64,000 bases of DNA from Verrucomicrobiia bacterium (GCA_963664225.1 OY760937.1:3328001-3392000), one strand, 5' to 3'; shown: positions 1 through 10,308, counted from the stretch's first letter. Notes: a model not told the origin generated them from the sequence alone. A program made the numbers and translations.

Positions 1-1935
1 AACATCGCGAGCATGGTGGATTGCCCCGCGGTGGCCCAAAATATGGGGAAACTTCCGGACGTGGCGGTGTCGCGCAATTATAAATACATGTGCTCGGACC
101 CGGGGCAGGAATTGATCGGGCAGGACATCCAGGAATTTCATCTCAACCGCATCGTCATCGCCTCGTGTTCGCCGTTGTTGCACGAGCACACGTTTCGCGA
201 AGCCGTGGCGCGGGGCGGACTCAATCCGTATTTTTTCCACATGGTCAACATCCGGGAGCACGATTCCTGGGTGCATGTGGACCGGCAGGAGGCGACGGAC
301 AAGGCGATCGACCTGTGCCGGGCGGCCATCGAGCGGGTGAAGCGGCACCGGGCGCTCGAAGTCACCAACGTGCCCATCAATCCCGCGGTGCTGGTGGTGG
401 GCGGCGGCATTGCCGGGATCCACGCGGCGCTGACGCTGGCCGAGGCGGGCAAGAAGGTTTACCTGGTGGAGCGCGAACCGTCCATCGGCGGACACATGGC
501 CCAGTTCGACAAGACCTTTCCCACGCTCGATTGCGCGGCGTGCATTCTCACGCCGAAGATGTCGCGGGTGGGAGCGCATCCGAACATCACACTTTGGGCC
601 TGGTCGGTTGTGACCAAAGTGGAAGGTTACGTGGGGAACTTCGAAGTCACGGTCAAACGCAAGCCGCGGTTTATTAATGAAGACTTGTGCACGGGTTGCC
701 AGGAATGCGTGGCCAAGTGCGTTTACAAGGAGCCGAAATTCACGGATTCCTTCAATGAGGGCCTCGGGCGTCGTCGTCCGATTTACATTCCGTTCCCCCA
801 GGCGACGCCGCAGGTGGTGATCATCGATCCCGAGACCTGTCTGCAATTAAAGACGGGGCGCTGCAAGCAGACCTGCCTGGAGGCGTGCGCGGACCGCAAG
901 GCCATTGATTTCACGCAAAAGGAAACGTTCGAGCAAATCAAGGTGGGCGCCATCATCGTGGCGACCGGGTTCAAGGCCTTCGATGCGGAGCGCCTGCCGC
1001 AGTACGGGTACGGACGGCATCCCAATGTCTATACGGCGTTGGAAGTGGAGCGTCTGGTCAATGCCTCCGGGCCCACGGGCGGGGATGTCATTTTGAGGGA
1101 CGGTGGCAAACCCAAGGCCATCGGCATCATTCACTGCGTGGGTTCGCGTGACAAGCGGACCAACCGGTGGTGTTCGCGGGTGTGCTGCATGTATTCGCTC
1201 AAGCTGGCGCATCTGCTCAAGGAACACACCGAGGCGGAGATTTATAATTTCTACATCGACATGCGAACGCCCGGCAAGGGCGCCGAGGAGTTTTACGACA
1301 AACTCCTGACCGAGGGGGTGCATTTCGTGCGGGGTCGCGTGGGCGAAGTAACGGATTGGGCCAGTCAGCCAGGCGAGGAGGGGCGGTTGGTGATATGCGT
1401 TGAAGATACCCTGGCTGGCTGTGCCCGTCGCATTCCCGTGGACATGGTGGTGCTGTCCACCGGGCTGGAACCGCAAAGCGATGCCCAGGCGGTGCGGCGG
1501 ATGTTCAACATGAGCTGTGGCACGGAGGGATTCTTCCTGGAGCGCCATCCCAAGCTGGGGCCGGTGAGCACGTTCACCGAGGGCGTTTTTATCGCGGGAT
1601 GCTGCCAGGGGCCAAAGGACATTCCCGACACGGTGGCGCAGGCGGGCGCGGCGGCGGCGGAGGCGCTGGTGCTCATCGACAAAGGCCATGTGGAGCAGGA
1701 ACCGAACACGGCGCATGTCATCGACACGTCCTGCTGTGGCTGCAAGTCCTGCTTGCCGCTCTGCCCCTACACGGCGATCACGTTCCTCAACGACCGCAAG
1801 GTGGCGTCCATCAACGAGGCCCTCTGCAAAGGCTGCGGCACCTGCGTGGCGGCGTGTCCGTCGGGCTCCATTGTCCAAAACCTGTTTGAAGATGGGCAGA
1901 TCTTCAGCGAAATCGAAGGAGTATTGACCCGATGA
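1..1935 (+). CDS. hdrA: Heterodisulfide reductase subunit A-like flavoprotein (5'-truncated by window edge)
   Basis: Frame open from base 1 (NIASMVD...). FAD-binding VGGGIAG, DKTFPTLDC motif, CSRVCC, and ferredoxin CxxCxxCxxxC clusters both internally and at the C-terminus. Confidence 0.93.
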   Translation, partial: NIASMVDCPAVAQNMGKLPDVAVSRNYKYMCSDPGQELIGQDIQEFHLNRIVIASCSPLLHEHTFREAVARGGLNPYFFHMVNIREHDSWVHVDRQEATDKAIDLCRAAIERVKRHRALEVTNVPINPAVLVVGGGIAGIHAALTLAEAGKKVYLVEREPSIGGHMAQFDKTFPTLDCAACILTPKMSRVGAHPNITLWAWSVVTKVEGYVGNFEVTVKRKPRFINEDLCTGCQECVAKCVYKEPKFTDSFNEGLGRRRPIYIPFPQATPQVVIIDPETCLQLKTGRCKQTCLEACADRKAIDFTQKETFEQIKVGAIIVATGFKAFDAERLPQYGYGRHPNVYTALEVERLVNASGPTGGDVILRDGGKPKAIGIIHCVGSRDKRTNRWCSRVCCMYSLKLAHLLKEHTEAEIYNFYIDMRTPGKGAEEFYDKLLTEGVHFVRGRVGEVTDWASQPGEEGRLVICVEDTLAGCARRIPVDMVVLSTGLEPQSDAQAVRRMFNMSCGTEGFFLERHPKLGPVSTFTEGVFIAGCCQGPKDIPDTVAQAGAAAAEALVLIDKGHVEQEPNTAHVIDTSCCGCKSCLPLCPYTAITFLNDRKVASINEALCKGCGTCVAACPSGSIVQNLFEDGQIFSEIEGVLTR

Positions 1936-2417
1936 ACACAGCCTGGACACCGCGGATTGTGGCCTTTTTCTGCAATTGGTGCACCTACACCGCCGCCGAC
2001 CTGGCGGGTGTTTCGCGCCTGAAATACCCGGCCAATGCGCGCGTGATTCGGGTCATGTGCTCGGGGCGGATCGATCCCCAATTTATTCTGGAAGCCCTGG
2101 CCAAAGGGGCGGATGGCGTCCTTGTGGGCGGGTGCCATCCCAACGACTGCCATTACGGCGAGGGCAACTACAAGATGCTGCGCCGCTTCCGGCTGTTGCG
2201 CCGGATGCTGGCGGACATGGGCATTCCCGCGGAACGCGTGCGGCTGGAATGGATCTCGGCGGCGGAGGGGGAGAAGGTCAAAACAGTGATGACCGAAATG
2301 GTGACGCAACTCGCGGCAATGGGTCCGCTGAACCTTCCGGGACGGTTCGAGGAGTGGGATAAGGAAATGGACGCGTTGGAGCACAAGGTTCGTGAGCAGG
2401 AGGTGGCGCATGTCTGA
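1932..2417 (+). CDS. mvhD: F420-non-reducing hydrogenase [2Fe-2S] subunit delta
   Basis: FFCNWCTY, RVMCSGRIDP, GCHPNDCHY motifs; ATGA overlap with hdrA. Confidence 0.93.
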   Translation: MNTAWTPRIVAFFCNWCTYTAADLAGVSRLKYPANARVIRVMCSGRIDPQFILEALAKGADGVLVGGCHPNDCHYGEGNYKMLRRFRLLRRMLADMGIPAERVRLEWISAAEGEKVKTVMTEMVTQLAAMGPLNLPGRFEEWDKEMDALEHKVREQEVAHV

Positions 2418-3378
2418 TAAGCCCAAAATCGGAATTTACTGGTGCGCTTCCTGCGGCGGCTGCGAGGAGGCCGTGGTGGACCTGGCGGAGGACATCCTGG
2501 GTTTGCTGGAAAAGGTGGAGATCCTTTTCTGGCCCGTGGCGCTGGATTTCAAAAAGTCGGATGTTGCCGCGATGCCTGATGGACATCTGGCGGTGACGCT
2601 GCTGAACGGGGCGATACGTACGTCCGAGCAGGAGGAAATGGCCCGGCTGTTGAGACGCAAGAGCCAGCTTCTCATTGCCTACGGCGCGTGCGCCCAAATG
2701 GGAGGCATTCCCGCACTGGCCAATCAGTTTTCACGCGAGGAAATACTGCGCTGGGTTTATGAAGAGGCGCCGACCGTTCAACGCGAGGGGGCCCGGCGTC
2801 CGATGCAGGAATTCAAGGAACAGGGGCGCACGGTGAACCTGCCCGAATTGCGCAACCAGGTGCGCGCGCTCGACCAGGTGGTGGAGGTGGATTACTACAT
2901 TCCGGGATGTCCGCCCACGCCGAGCATGACCCAGTCCGCGATTGGGGCGATTCTCGCGGGCAAGCTGCCGCCCAAAGGTTCGGTGCTCGCACCGGACATG
3001 GCCCTTTGCGGGGAGTGCCCGCGCAAGGCGAGCAAACCCACGGACGTGGCGTTCACGGAATTCAAGCGTCCGCATCAGGTGCTTCTCGATCCGGCGGTTT
3101 GCTTCCTGGCGCAGGGGGTCGTGTGCATGGGACCGGCCACGCGGGGAGGTTGCGCCGCCCAATGCACGCTCGGCAACATGCCCTGCACCGGTTGTTTCGG
3201 ACCCACCTCCCGCGTGCGGGATCAGGGGGCCAAAATGCTCTCCAGCCTTTGTTCGAACGTGGCGAGCAAGGAGGAGGCCGAGATCGACCGCATCCTGGAA
3301 GGTGTGCCCGATCCGGTGGGAACCTTTTATCGCTATGGATTGGCGAAAAGCCTGCTGCGAGGCAAGGCCAGCCTGTAA
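2410..3378 (+). CDS. mvhG: [NiFe]-hydrogenase small subunit (group 3c-like)
   Basis: CASCGGC, YGACA, PGCPP, and C-terminal CMGPATRGGC...CTGCFGP; ATG at 2410 after GGAGG. Confidence 0.9.
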   Translation: MSDKPKIGIYWCASCGGCEEAVVDLAEDILGLLEKVEILFWPVALDFKKSDVAAMPDGHLAVTLLNGAIRTSEQEEMARLLRRKSQLLIAYGACAQMGGIPALANQFSREEILRWVYEEAPTVQREGARRPMQEFKEQGRTVNLPELRNQVRALDQVVEVDYYIPGCPPTPSMTQSAIGAILAGKLPPKGSVLAPDMALCGECPRKASKPTDVAFTEFKRPHQVLLDPAVCFLAQGVVCMGPATRGGCAAQCTLGNMPCTGCFGPTSRVRDQGAKMLSSLCSNVASKEEAEIDRILEGVPDPVGTFYRYGLAKSLLRGKASL

Positions 3379-3390
3379 CACCCATTGGTT

Positions 3391-4926
3391 ATGGAAACCG
3401 CCATTCAAAATGCCTGGAACGAAGGGGCCGCACGGGCCGGGGACGCCTATCAACGCGAGCGTCGCCGCTACACCATTGATCCGATCACCCGGTTGGAAGG
3501 CCACGGGAAGATCGATATTTTTCTGGATGCCGCAGGCGGTGTGGAGCGGGCCTATCTCCAGGTGCCGGAACTGCGGGGATTCGAGGTGTTCAGCATCGGA
3601 CGCCCGGCGGAGGACATGCCGCAAATCACGAGCCGAATCTGCGGGGTATGCCCCACGGCCCATCACATGGCGGCGACCAAGGCGCTGGATGCATTGTATC
3701 ACGTTCAGCCGCCCCCGGCGGGCCGCATGATCCGGGAGTTGATCTACAATGCCTTCATTCTCGAAGACCACGCCCTGCATGTCTATGTGCTGGGCGGGCC
3801 GGATTTTATTGTGGGTCCACAGGCCCCGGCGGCCCAGCGGAACATCCAGGGAGTGATCGAGAAAGTGGGCGTTGAAGTAGGCAAAAAGGTGATCGCCATG
3901 CGGCGGCGTCTCCGCGAATTGATCTCCTATTTTGGCGGCAAGGTCGTGCATCCCGTGTTCGGTCTGCCCGGAGGCGTCTCCAAAGGCCTGGCCCCCGGGG
4001 ACCTGCCCGAGTTTCAGCAAATCGCGCGCGACGGATTGGAATTCGCGCTGTTCACCAACCAGGTTTTTCACGATCTGGTGCTCAAAAATTCGGAGTATCT
4101 CAAGCTCATCCTCTCGGATCCGTTCACGCATCCAACCTATTACATGGGAATGGTGGATAAGCGCAATCGCGTGAATTTCTACGATGGAATGCTGCGCGTG
4201 GTCGATCCCAAGGGGCGCGAGTATGCAAAATTTGCGGCCGCCCAATACCGCGATTTCATTGCTGAGCACACCGAACCGTGGAGCTACATGAAGTTCTGCC
4301 ATCTCAAGCCCCTGGGCTGGCATGGATTCGAACCGGGTCCAGACAACGGCATTTACGCGGTGGCCCCGCTGGCGCGGCTCAATGCCTCGGACGACATGGC
4401 CACGCCCAAGGCCAGCGCCGCGGCCGGGGAATACTTTTCCGCGCTGGGCGGACGCCCGGTGCATCACACCCTGGCCAACCATTGGGCGCGCGTGATCGAG
4501 ATGATTCAGGCCGCCGAGCGGATGATCGAATTGCTGGCGGATCCGCAAATCACCTTCACGGAAATTCGGACCCTTCCCACCGCAACACCCACTTCCGGGG
4601 TTGGCGTGGTGGAAGCCCCGCGTGGTACGCTTTTTCACGATTACGAAACCGACGAGCGGGGCCTCATACGCCACGCCAATCTGATCGTGGCCACGCAAAA
4701 TAATGCCGCGCGCATTGCCTTGAGCGTGGAGAAGGCGGCCAAGGGCCTGATCCATGGTGGCGTGGTGAGCGAGGGATTGTTGAACATGGTGGAAATGGCC
4801 TTCCGCGCCTACGATCCCTGCCTGGGCTGCGCCACGCATGCGGTGACGGGCGAGCCGCTCTATTCCATTCGTATCTACGGACCCGACCGCAAGCTCCGGC
4901 AAAGCATTCCCCCGGCCAAATCATAA
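3391..4926 (+). CDS. mvhA: [NiFe]-hydrogenase large subunit (group 3c-like)
   Basis: RLEGH, L1 SRICGVCPTAH, L2 DPCLGCATH followed by a cleavable C-terminal extension. Confidence 0.92.
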   Translation: METAIQNAWNEGAARAGDAYQRERRRYTIDPITRLEGHGKIDIFLDAAGGVERAYLQVPELRGFEVFSIGRPAEDMPQITSRICGVCPTAHHMAATKALDALYHVQPPPAGRMIRELIYNAFILEDHALHVYVLGGPDFIVGPQAPAAQRNIQGVIEKVGVEVGKKVIAMRRRLRELISYFGGKVVHPVFGLPGGVSKGLAPGDLPEFQQIARDGLEFALFTNQVFHDLVLKNSEYLKLILSDPFTHPTYYMGMVDKRNRVNFYDGMLRVVDPKGREYAKFAAAQYRDFIAEHTEPWSYMKFCHLKPLGWHGFEPGPDNGIYAVAPLARLNASDDMATPKASAAAGEYFSALGGRPVHHTLANHWARVIEMIQAAERMIELLADPQITFTEIRTLPTATPTSGVGVVEAPRGTLFHDYETDERGLIRHANLIVATQNNAARIALSVEKAAKGLIHGGVVSEGLLNMVEMAFRAYDPCLGCATHAVTGEPLYSIRIYGPDRKLRQSIPPAKS

Positions 4927-5010
4927 TAATCGTAAGAATCGTAAATTGATTGAGAAAACGACGAAGTTTGCATTGCAAACCGGGCTGTCACAGGTTACAT
5001 AACCGCCACC

Positions 5011-5163
5011 ATGTGGCAGCTTGTGAAAGAATTTGCGTTGTTTCTCAAACAGGAGAGACGTTGGTGGCTGGTTCCGCTGGTCGTCATTCTGCTGATATTG
5101 GGCGCATTGATCATTTTTAGCAGCGGCTCGGTTCTCGCGCCGTTAATGTATCCCTTCATGTAA
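5011..5163 (+). CDS. Small membrane protein, DUF5989/SxtK-like (50 aa, absent from ORF track)
   Basis: Manual translation MWQLVKEFALFLKQERRWWLVPLVVILLILGALIIFSSGSVLAPLMYPFM; TAATG overlap with the carbamoyltransferase. Confidence 0.85.
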   Translation: MWQLVKEFALFLKQERRWWLVPLVVILLILGALIIFSSGSVLAPLMYPFM

Positions 5164-7010
5164 TGGCCAACCCGCTGCGGCAAATACTGGGCCTCTCGGC
5201 CTACTACCACGACTCAGCCGCAGCCCTGCTACGCGACGGCGGGGTGATTGCCGCCGCGCAGGAAGAGCGGTTTTCACGCCGCAAGAACGACGAACGATTC
5301 CCCAGCCACGCGGTCGAATTTTGTCTGCGCCAGGCGGGCATTCAGGCGGCGGAACTGGACGCGGTGGTTTTCTACGACAAGCCGATCACCAAATTCGCGC
5401 GCATGCTCGAAACGTATCTGGCCGTCGCGCCGCATGGCATCAGGACCTTCCCGCGCGTCATGCCCCCATGGCTGGCGGAGAAATTGAATTTGCGGAAAAC
5501 GATTCGCGACGAAATGCCCGGATTGCGGCGCGAATGCCCGATTCTCTTCACCGAACATCACCAATCCCACGCCGCGAGCGCCTTTTATCCATCGCCGTTC
5601 GAGGAGTCGGCCATTGTGACCGTGGACGGCGCGGGGGAATGGGCCACCACGACGATCGGGCGGGGCCACGGGCATCAGATCGAGATGCTCGAGGAACTGC
5701 GTTTTCCGCATTCGCTGGGGCTGCTTTATTCGGCGTTCACGGCCTATTGCGGTTTTCGCATCAACTCCGGCGAATATAAACTGATGGGACTGGCGCCCTA
5801 TGGCGATCCGCGATTCGAAAAGGCCATTTACGAGCATCTGATCGATCTGAAGCCCGACGGATCGTTCCGGCTCAACATCGAGTATTTCAATTTTCTGCGC
5901 GGGTTTACCATGACCAACGGCCGGTTTCACCGGTTGTTCGAGGGGCCGCCGCGCAAACCGGAGGATAAGATCGAGACCCGGCATCTGGATGTGGCGAAAT
6001 CCATCCAGAAGGTTACCGAGGAAATCATGCTGCGGCTGGCGAGGCACGCCCGCGCGTTGACCGGGCTGCCGAACCTCTGCATGGCGGGCGGTGTGGCTTT
6101 GAACTGCGTGGCCAACGGACGTCTGCTGCGGGAACGCATTTTCGACAGGCTGTGGATTCAACCCGCCGCTGGCGATGCCGGTGGGGCGTTGGGCGCGGCA
6201 TTGGCGGTGTGGCATGGGCAGTGGAATTCGGAAGCGCCGCCGCTGGATTTCAGTCCGCCCAAGGACGGTCGCAACGACACGATGCAGCACGCCTTCCTGG
6301 GCCCGGAATTCTCGGAGGCGGAAATCGAGGCGGTTCTGAAGAGTCACGGCGCCATTTATCAGCGCTTCGAAACCGACGCCCTCATGGACCGCACCGTGGA
6401 ATTGCTGCGCGCCGAAAAAGTCGTGGGCTGGGTGCAGGGACGCATGGAATTTGGCCCGCGCGCGCTGGGGAACCGCTCGATCCTGGGCGATCCGCGGTCC
6501 GCGAAAATGCAGTCAATGATGAATTTGAAGGTCAAGTTTCGCGAATCGTTCCGGCCCTTCGCCCCGGTGGTGCTGCGCGAAAAGGTGTCCGAATATTTTG
6601 ACCTCGACGTGGATTCCCCCTACATGCTGCTGGTCGGTTCCGTGCAACCCCAACTGCGCCGCCGTCCGGCGCAATCCGCCCAGGGGCTGGATTTGCTCAA
6701 GGAGGTTCGCTCGACCATTCCCGCGGTGACGCATGTGGATTACTCCGCGCGCGTGCAAACAGTGACCGCCGCGCAGAATCCCGTGCTGTATGCGCTGCTG
6801 AGAAAATTCGAGACGTCCACGGGTTGCGCGGTTTTGGTGAACACCTCGTTTAATGTGCGCGGCGAGCCGGTGGTTTGCTCGCCCGATGACGCCTACCGCT
6901 GCTTCGTAAACACGGAGATGGATTACCTGGCGCTGGGACCCTTCCTGCTCGAACGCACGGCGCAACCCAATCGCAAGCTCGCCACGACTTTCGACGCGCA
7001 ACCAGATTAA
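5163..7010 (+). CDS. Carbamoyltransferase, CmcH/NodU/SxtI family
   Basis: YYHDSAAAL, EERFSRRK, EHHQSHA, GGVALNCVAN, GPRALGNRS, NTSFN motifs. Confidence 0.93.
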   Translation: MANPLRQILGLSAYYHDSAAALLRDGGVIAAAQEERFSRRKNDERFPSHAVEFCLRQAGIQAAELDAVVFYDKPITKFARMLETYLAVAPHGIRTFPRVMPPWLAEKLNLRKTIRDEMPGLRRECPILFTEHHQSHAASAFYPSPFEESAIVTVDGAGEWATTTIGRGHGHQIEMLEELRFPHSLGLLYSAFTAYCGFRINSGEYKLMGLAPYGDPRFEKAIYEHLIDLKPDGSFRLNIEYFNFLRGFTMTNGRFHRLFEGPPRKPEDKIETRHLDVAKSIQKVTEEIMLRLARHARALTGLPNLCMAGGVALNCVANGRLLRERIFDRLWIQPAAGDAGGALGAALAVWHGQWNSEAPPLDFSPPKDGRNDTMQHAFLGPEFSEAEIEAVLKSHGAIYQRFETDALMDRTVELLRAEKVVGWVQGRMEFGPRALGNRSILGDPRSAKMQSMMNLKVKFRESFRPFAPVVLREKVSEYFDLDVDSPYMLLVGSVQPQLRRRPAQSAQGLDLLKEVRSTIPAVTHVDYSARVQTVTAAQNPVLYALLRKFETSTGCAVLVNTSFNVRGEPVVCSPDDAYRCFVNTEMDYLALGPFLLERTAQPNRKLATTFDAQPD

Positions 7011-7022
7011 GCGAATCAAGCC

Positions 7023-7424
7023 ATGCAACCCAAGCTCAAGGAAAACCCACGCGAATGGCAGAAATTCACGGCGGTGATGGTTCTCATGGTGGAAGTGATC
7101 TGCCTGGCGCTGCATCGGCGCGGGATGATGCACACCACGGCAATGGGTGTGGCGGCAGTGGCGCTCCTGCTCGTGGTGCTGGCGAGCCTGATCCGGCCTC
7201 AATCGTTTCGCGGCTTTTATCGTTCCGGAATGACCGTGAGTTTCCATGTGGGCCAGGTGATGGGTGGAATTTTGCTGAGCGTGTTTTTTCTGTTGTTGGT
7301 GACTCCCATGGGACTGGTCATGCGGCTGTTTGGCAAGGATTTGCTGGAACTCAAGCGCGACAAGACCGCGAAAACTTACTGGCGGCCGGCGCGCAGCAAT
7401 CCGAATTTCGACCGGATGTTCTGA
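7023..7424 (+). CDS. SxtJ-family membrane protein
   Basis: Hydrophobic segments; C-terminal FFLLLVTPMGLVMRLFGKDLL...TYW...RMF pattern; adjacent to carbamoyltransferase. Confidence 0.8.
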   Translation: MQPKLKENPREWQKFTAVMVLMVEVICLALHRRGMMHTTAMGVAAVALLLVVLASLIRPQSFRGFYRSGMTVSFHVGQVMGGILLSVFFLLLVTPMGLVMRLFGKDLLELKRDKTAKTYWRPARSNPNFDRMF

Positions 7425-7504
7425 ACGCCCCGTGACTTTATCCTGCGTTCCAAGTTTTTGGGGATTTGATTGACCGGAGCGGGATTCTGGTTTACTCGGA
7501 GACC

Positions 7505-10228
7505 ATGAAATCACTTCTGAGTCCGTCCGCACGAATGGCGCAATCGCGGCGGGACTTTTATCCAACCGTTCTGGCTTTGTTTTTTCTCTGCGTGTGCGGT
7601 GTGTCCTTTGCCGCCACGGCTCCGGCCATTCTCGAAACGGATCATTTGCGGCTGATCGTGACAACCGAGACGGGCGTTTACCAGGTGCTGGACAAACAAT
7701 CCCAGGTGACCTGGAATTCGAATCCGTTCACGCAACGTATGGGAACCGTGGTCTTCAAGATCGACGGCGCGGATCGCGAGTTTTCCCTGAGCCGATGCGA
7801 GGTGGCGCCTGCTTCTGGGAACAAGCACAGCCTGCGACTGACGTTCCATCCCATCGACGTGCAGCCTGCCGCCACTGTGACTGTGACCGTTGAGGCGCTG
7901 TCGGATCGCAGGACATTGGAGTTTCGCTGTGAGACGGCGAACGCCCCGGATTTGGTGCGCGTCAGTCTGCTGGAGAATGGCTTCTATGTGACCGATGCCG
8001 ACCAGGGTTATGTCGTGGTTCCCGTGCGCGAGGGATTGATGATTCCGGCGAACAGCGGGAAGGCCTTCACCCACTCCTTCGACACTTACGCCTACGAGGG
8101 TTGCCACATGACCATGATCGGGCTGGTCAAGGGCGGTTCGGCGGCGATGGTGACCTGGAGCGATGTCTATGGCCGCGTGGATATCCACAGCGCCATGACG
8201 CCGGTGGCGGCCCCGGCGGTACAGGTGGTTTCCCCAACGCTCACGCTCCATTCCAAAAATCCCTCGTTCAAAATCCAGTTCTGCGGGCGCGGGGATTACG
8301 TGACACTGGCCAAGGCGTATCGCGAGGAAGCCCGCAAGTCAGGCTGGCTGGTGACCTGGGACGAGAAGCTCAAGAAACATCCTGCCGACGCGAAGCTCTT
8401 CGGCGCGGCCAATTTCAAATTATGGAGCGCGCTTACTCGCGAGATGAACTCCGAGAGCACTCAGGAGAAATCGCTGAGCGTGAGTTGGACCTTCGACGAG
8501 GCGGCCCAGGTGGCGGAGCATATTCATAACGACCTCGGCCTCACCAATGTGTTGTTCACCATTGGCGGATGGATTCACCGGGGCTACGACAACCAGCATC
8601 CCGACATTCTGCCGGCAGCGCCCGAATTGGGTGGCAATGACGCGCTCGCGGATTGTTCCCGCCGTATTCTCAAACTGGGCTATCTCTTTTCACTCCACGA
8701 CAACTACCAGGATATTTACAAGGATTCGCCTTCGTGGAACGAGAAGTATATTACCAAGAACCGCGACGGCAGCCTGAGCGCGGGCGGCAGTTGGGCGGGG
8801 GGCAGGGCCTATCTGACCTGCTCGAAGATGGCATTGGAACTGGCCAGACGTCCGCAGAATCTCACCGCTGTGAAGCAGTTGACCGGCGCCAATTCCTACT
8901 TCATCGATACTACTTACGCGGCCGGACTTCAGGAGTGTTTTGATCCGGCGCATCCGCTGACCCGCGCGGATGACATGCACTGGAAGCAGGCCTTGTCCGA
9001 CTATGCCCGCGATGTGTTTGGCCAGTTCGGCAGCGAATGCGGTCGGGAATGGGCCATTCCGCACGCCGATTTTTTCGAGGGGCTCACCGGAGTCAGCGGC
9101 ACCTACTATCACAATGCGGGCCTTCCGGAGAGTTTGGGCGCGTCGGTCATTCCGTTCTTTGAGTTGGTGTATCGCGATACCATCGCCGCCTATGGCAAAT
9201 ACGGTTACGACATGAACCAGGCCGCGGAGTATGTGCTCCAACACATCCTGATCGGGCGTCCCTTGAATTATCACGAAGTTCCGGCCCATCTTTATTGGAA
9301 GAATTACACCAGCAAGGCGGACGCCCGACTCGCTCCGCCCACCCCCAACGTGGAAATCACCGGACCGCGCGAGTTCCGCGTGACTTACCATTGGGTGGTC
9401 AGGGAACCCCTCGCACAGGATTACCGTGCCTTCAACCATTTCACGGATGCCGATGGCAAAATTCAGTTCCAAAACGATTACACACCCGCACCCGCGACAT
9501 CGAAATGGGCTCCCGGCACGCTGGACCAGGGACCGTTTACCGTGCATGTGCCTGAGGGGCTGACCGGCACATTTACCATGGGAACCGGCCTCTTCGATCC
9601 ATCCACCGATACCCGGCTGGCGTTGGCGGGCACGGATGGTGGCGGCCTTCGATATTCGCTCGGCAGCATCAAAGTGACCGCCACCGGGATCGAGTTCATA
9701 CCCGTCGGAAACAAGGTGGCGGAACCGATGGTCGATCCGGGCCTGTTCGTGCGCGGGGATCAGGGCTGGACGCAGGGGCTGCATCCGCAGGATCGTTTTC
9801 TCAAAAACACCTATGAAGTGCTCTCGCCACTCAATGAGTTGACCGCGCGCATGCAAATGACGAGCCATGTGTTTGTGACTCCGGATCGCAAGGTGCAGAA
9901 GGCGGTTTATGGGAAGGGCCGCTCGGCGGTGGAGGTGGTGGTGAACATGGGGCGCGAGCCGTATGCACTCCAGACACGTCGTCACGGGCTGGTGCAACTG
10001 CTGCCCTTTGGGTTCGCGGTCGAATCCGCCACATTTGCCGCATTTCATGCCCTGTCTTGGAACGGCATGGACTACGCGCGCCCTGTTATGTTTTCAATCC
10101 GGTCCGCCGATGGAAAGTCGCTGGAGTCTTCGCGAAAAATCCGTGTGTTTCACGCCTTCGGCGATCCACGGATCAAACTGGCCGGAGCAGTTCACACCGT
10201 GGAGCGTGAACAGTTCGTGCCGCGGTGA
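7505..10228 (+). CDS. Secreted glycoside hydrolase-like protein (DUF5696 / GH101-GH129-like TIM barrel)
   Basis: Signal peptide; GYDNQHPD, LHDNYQD, YFIDTT, GSECG motifs. Start codon uncertain (7505 or 7535). Confidence 0.7.
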   Translation: MKSLLSPSARMAQSRRDFYPTVLALFFLCVCGVSFAATAPAILETDHLRLIVTTETGVYQVLDKQSQVTWNSNPFTQRMGTVVFKIDGADREFSLSRCEVAPASGNKHSLRLTFHPIDVQPAATVTVTVEALSDRRTLEFRCETANAPDLVRVSLLENGFYVTDADQGYVVVPVREGLMIPANSGKAFTHSFDTYAYEGCHMTMIGLVKGGSAAMVTWSDVYGRVDIHSAMTPVAAPAVQVVSPTLTLHSKNPSFKIQFCGRGDYVTLAKAYREEARKSGWLVTWDEKLKKHPADAKLFGAANFKLWSALTREMNSESTQEKSLSVSWTFDEAAQVAEHIHNDLGLTNVLFTIGGWIHRGYDNQHPDILPAAPELGGNDALADCSRRILKLGYLFSLHDNYQDIYKDSPSWNEKYITKNRDGSLSAGGSWAGGRAYLTCSKMALELARRPQNLTAVKQLTGANSYFIDTTYAAGLQECFDPAHPLTRADDMHWKQALSDYARDVFGQFGSECGREWAIPHADFFEGLTGVSGTYYHNAGLPESLGASVIPFFELVYRDTIAAYGKYGYDMNQAAEYVLQHILIGRPLNYHEVPAHLYWKNYTSKADARLAPPTPNVEITGPREFRVTYHWVVREPLAQDYRAFNHFTDADGKIQFQNDYTPAPATSKWAPGTLDQGPFTVHVPEGLTGTFTMGTGLFDPSTDTRLALAGTDGGGLRYSLGSIKVTATGIEFIPVGNKVAEPMVDPGLFVRGDQGWTQGLHPQDRFLKNTYEVLSPLNELTARMQMTSHVFVTPDRKVQKAVYGKGRSAVEVVVNMGREPYALQTRRHGLVQLLPFGFAVESATFAAFHALSWNGMDYARPVMFSIRSADGKSLESSRKIRVFHAFGDPRIKLAGAVHTVEREQFVPR

Positions 10229-10308
10229 GAAGACGATGAGGGACAGGAAGTTTTGACAGGATGAACAGGATGGGAAAAAGGATTTGAATTTAATTGAGTT
10301 GGGGTGGC

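Noticed and set aside
2731..4902. Long antisense ORFs (also 23515..24465, 37775..39052, 56021..57724 and others)
   Set aside because: Shadow ORFs of well-supported genes in GC-rich DNA.
5011..7424. Saxitoxin biosynthesis
   Set aside because: Only SxtI/J/K-like genes are present, and these are widespread outside toxin clusters.
10252..10275. Short ACAGGATGA direct repeat between convergent genes
   Set aside because: Only two copies; at most a generic intergenic repeat.
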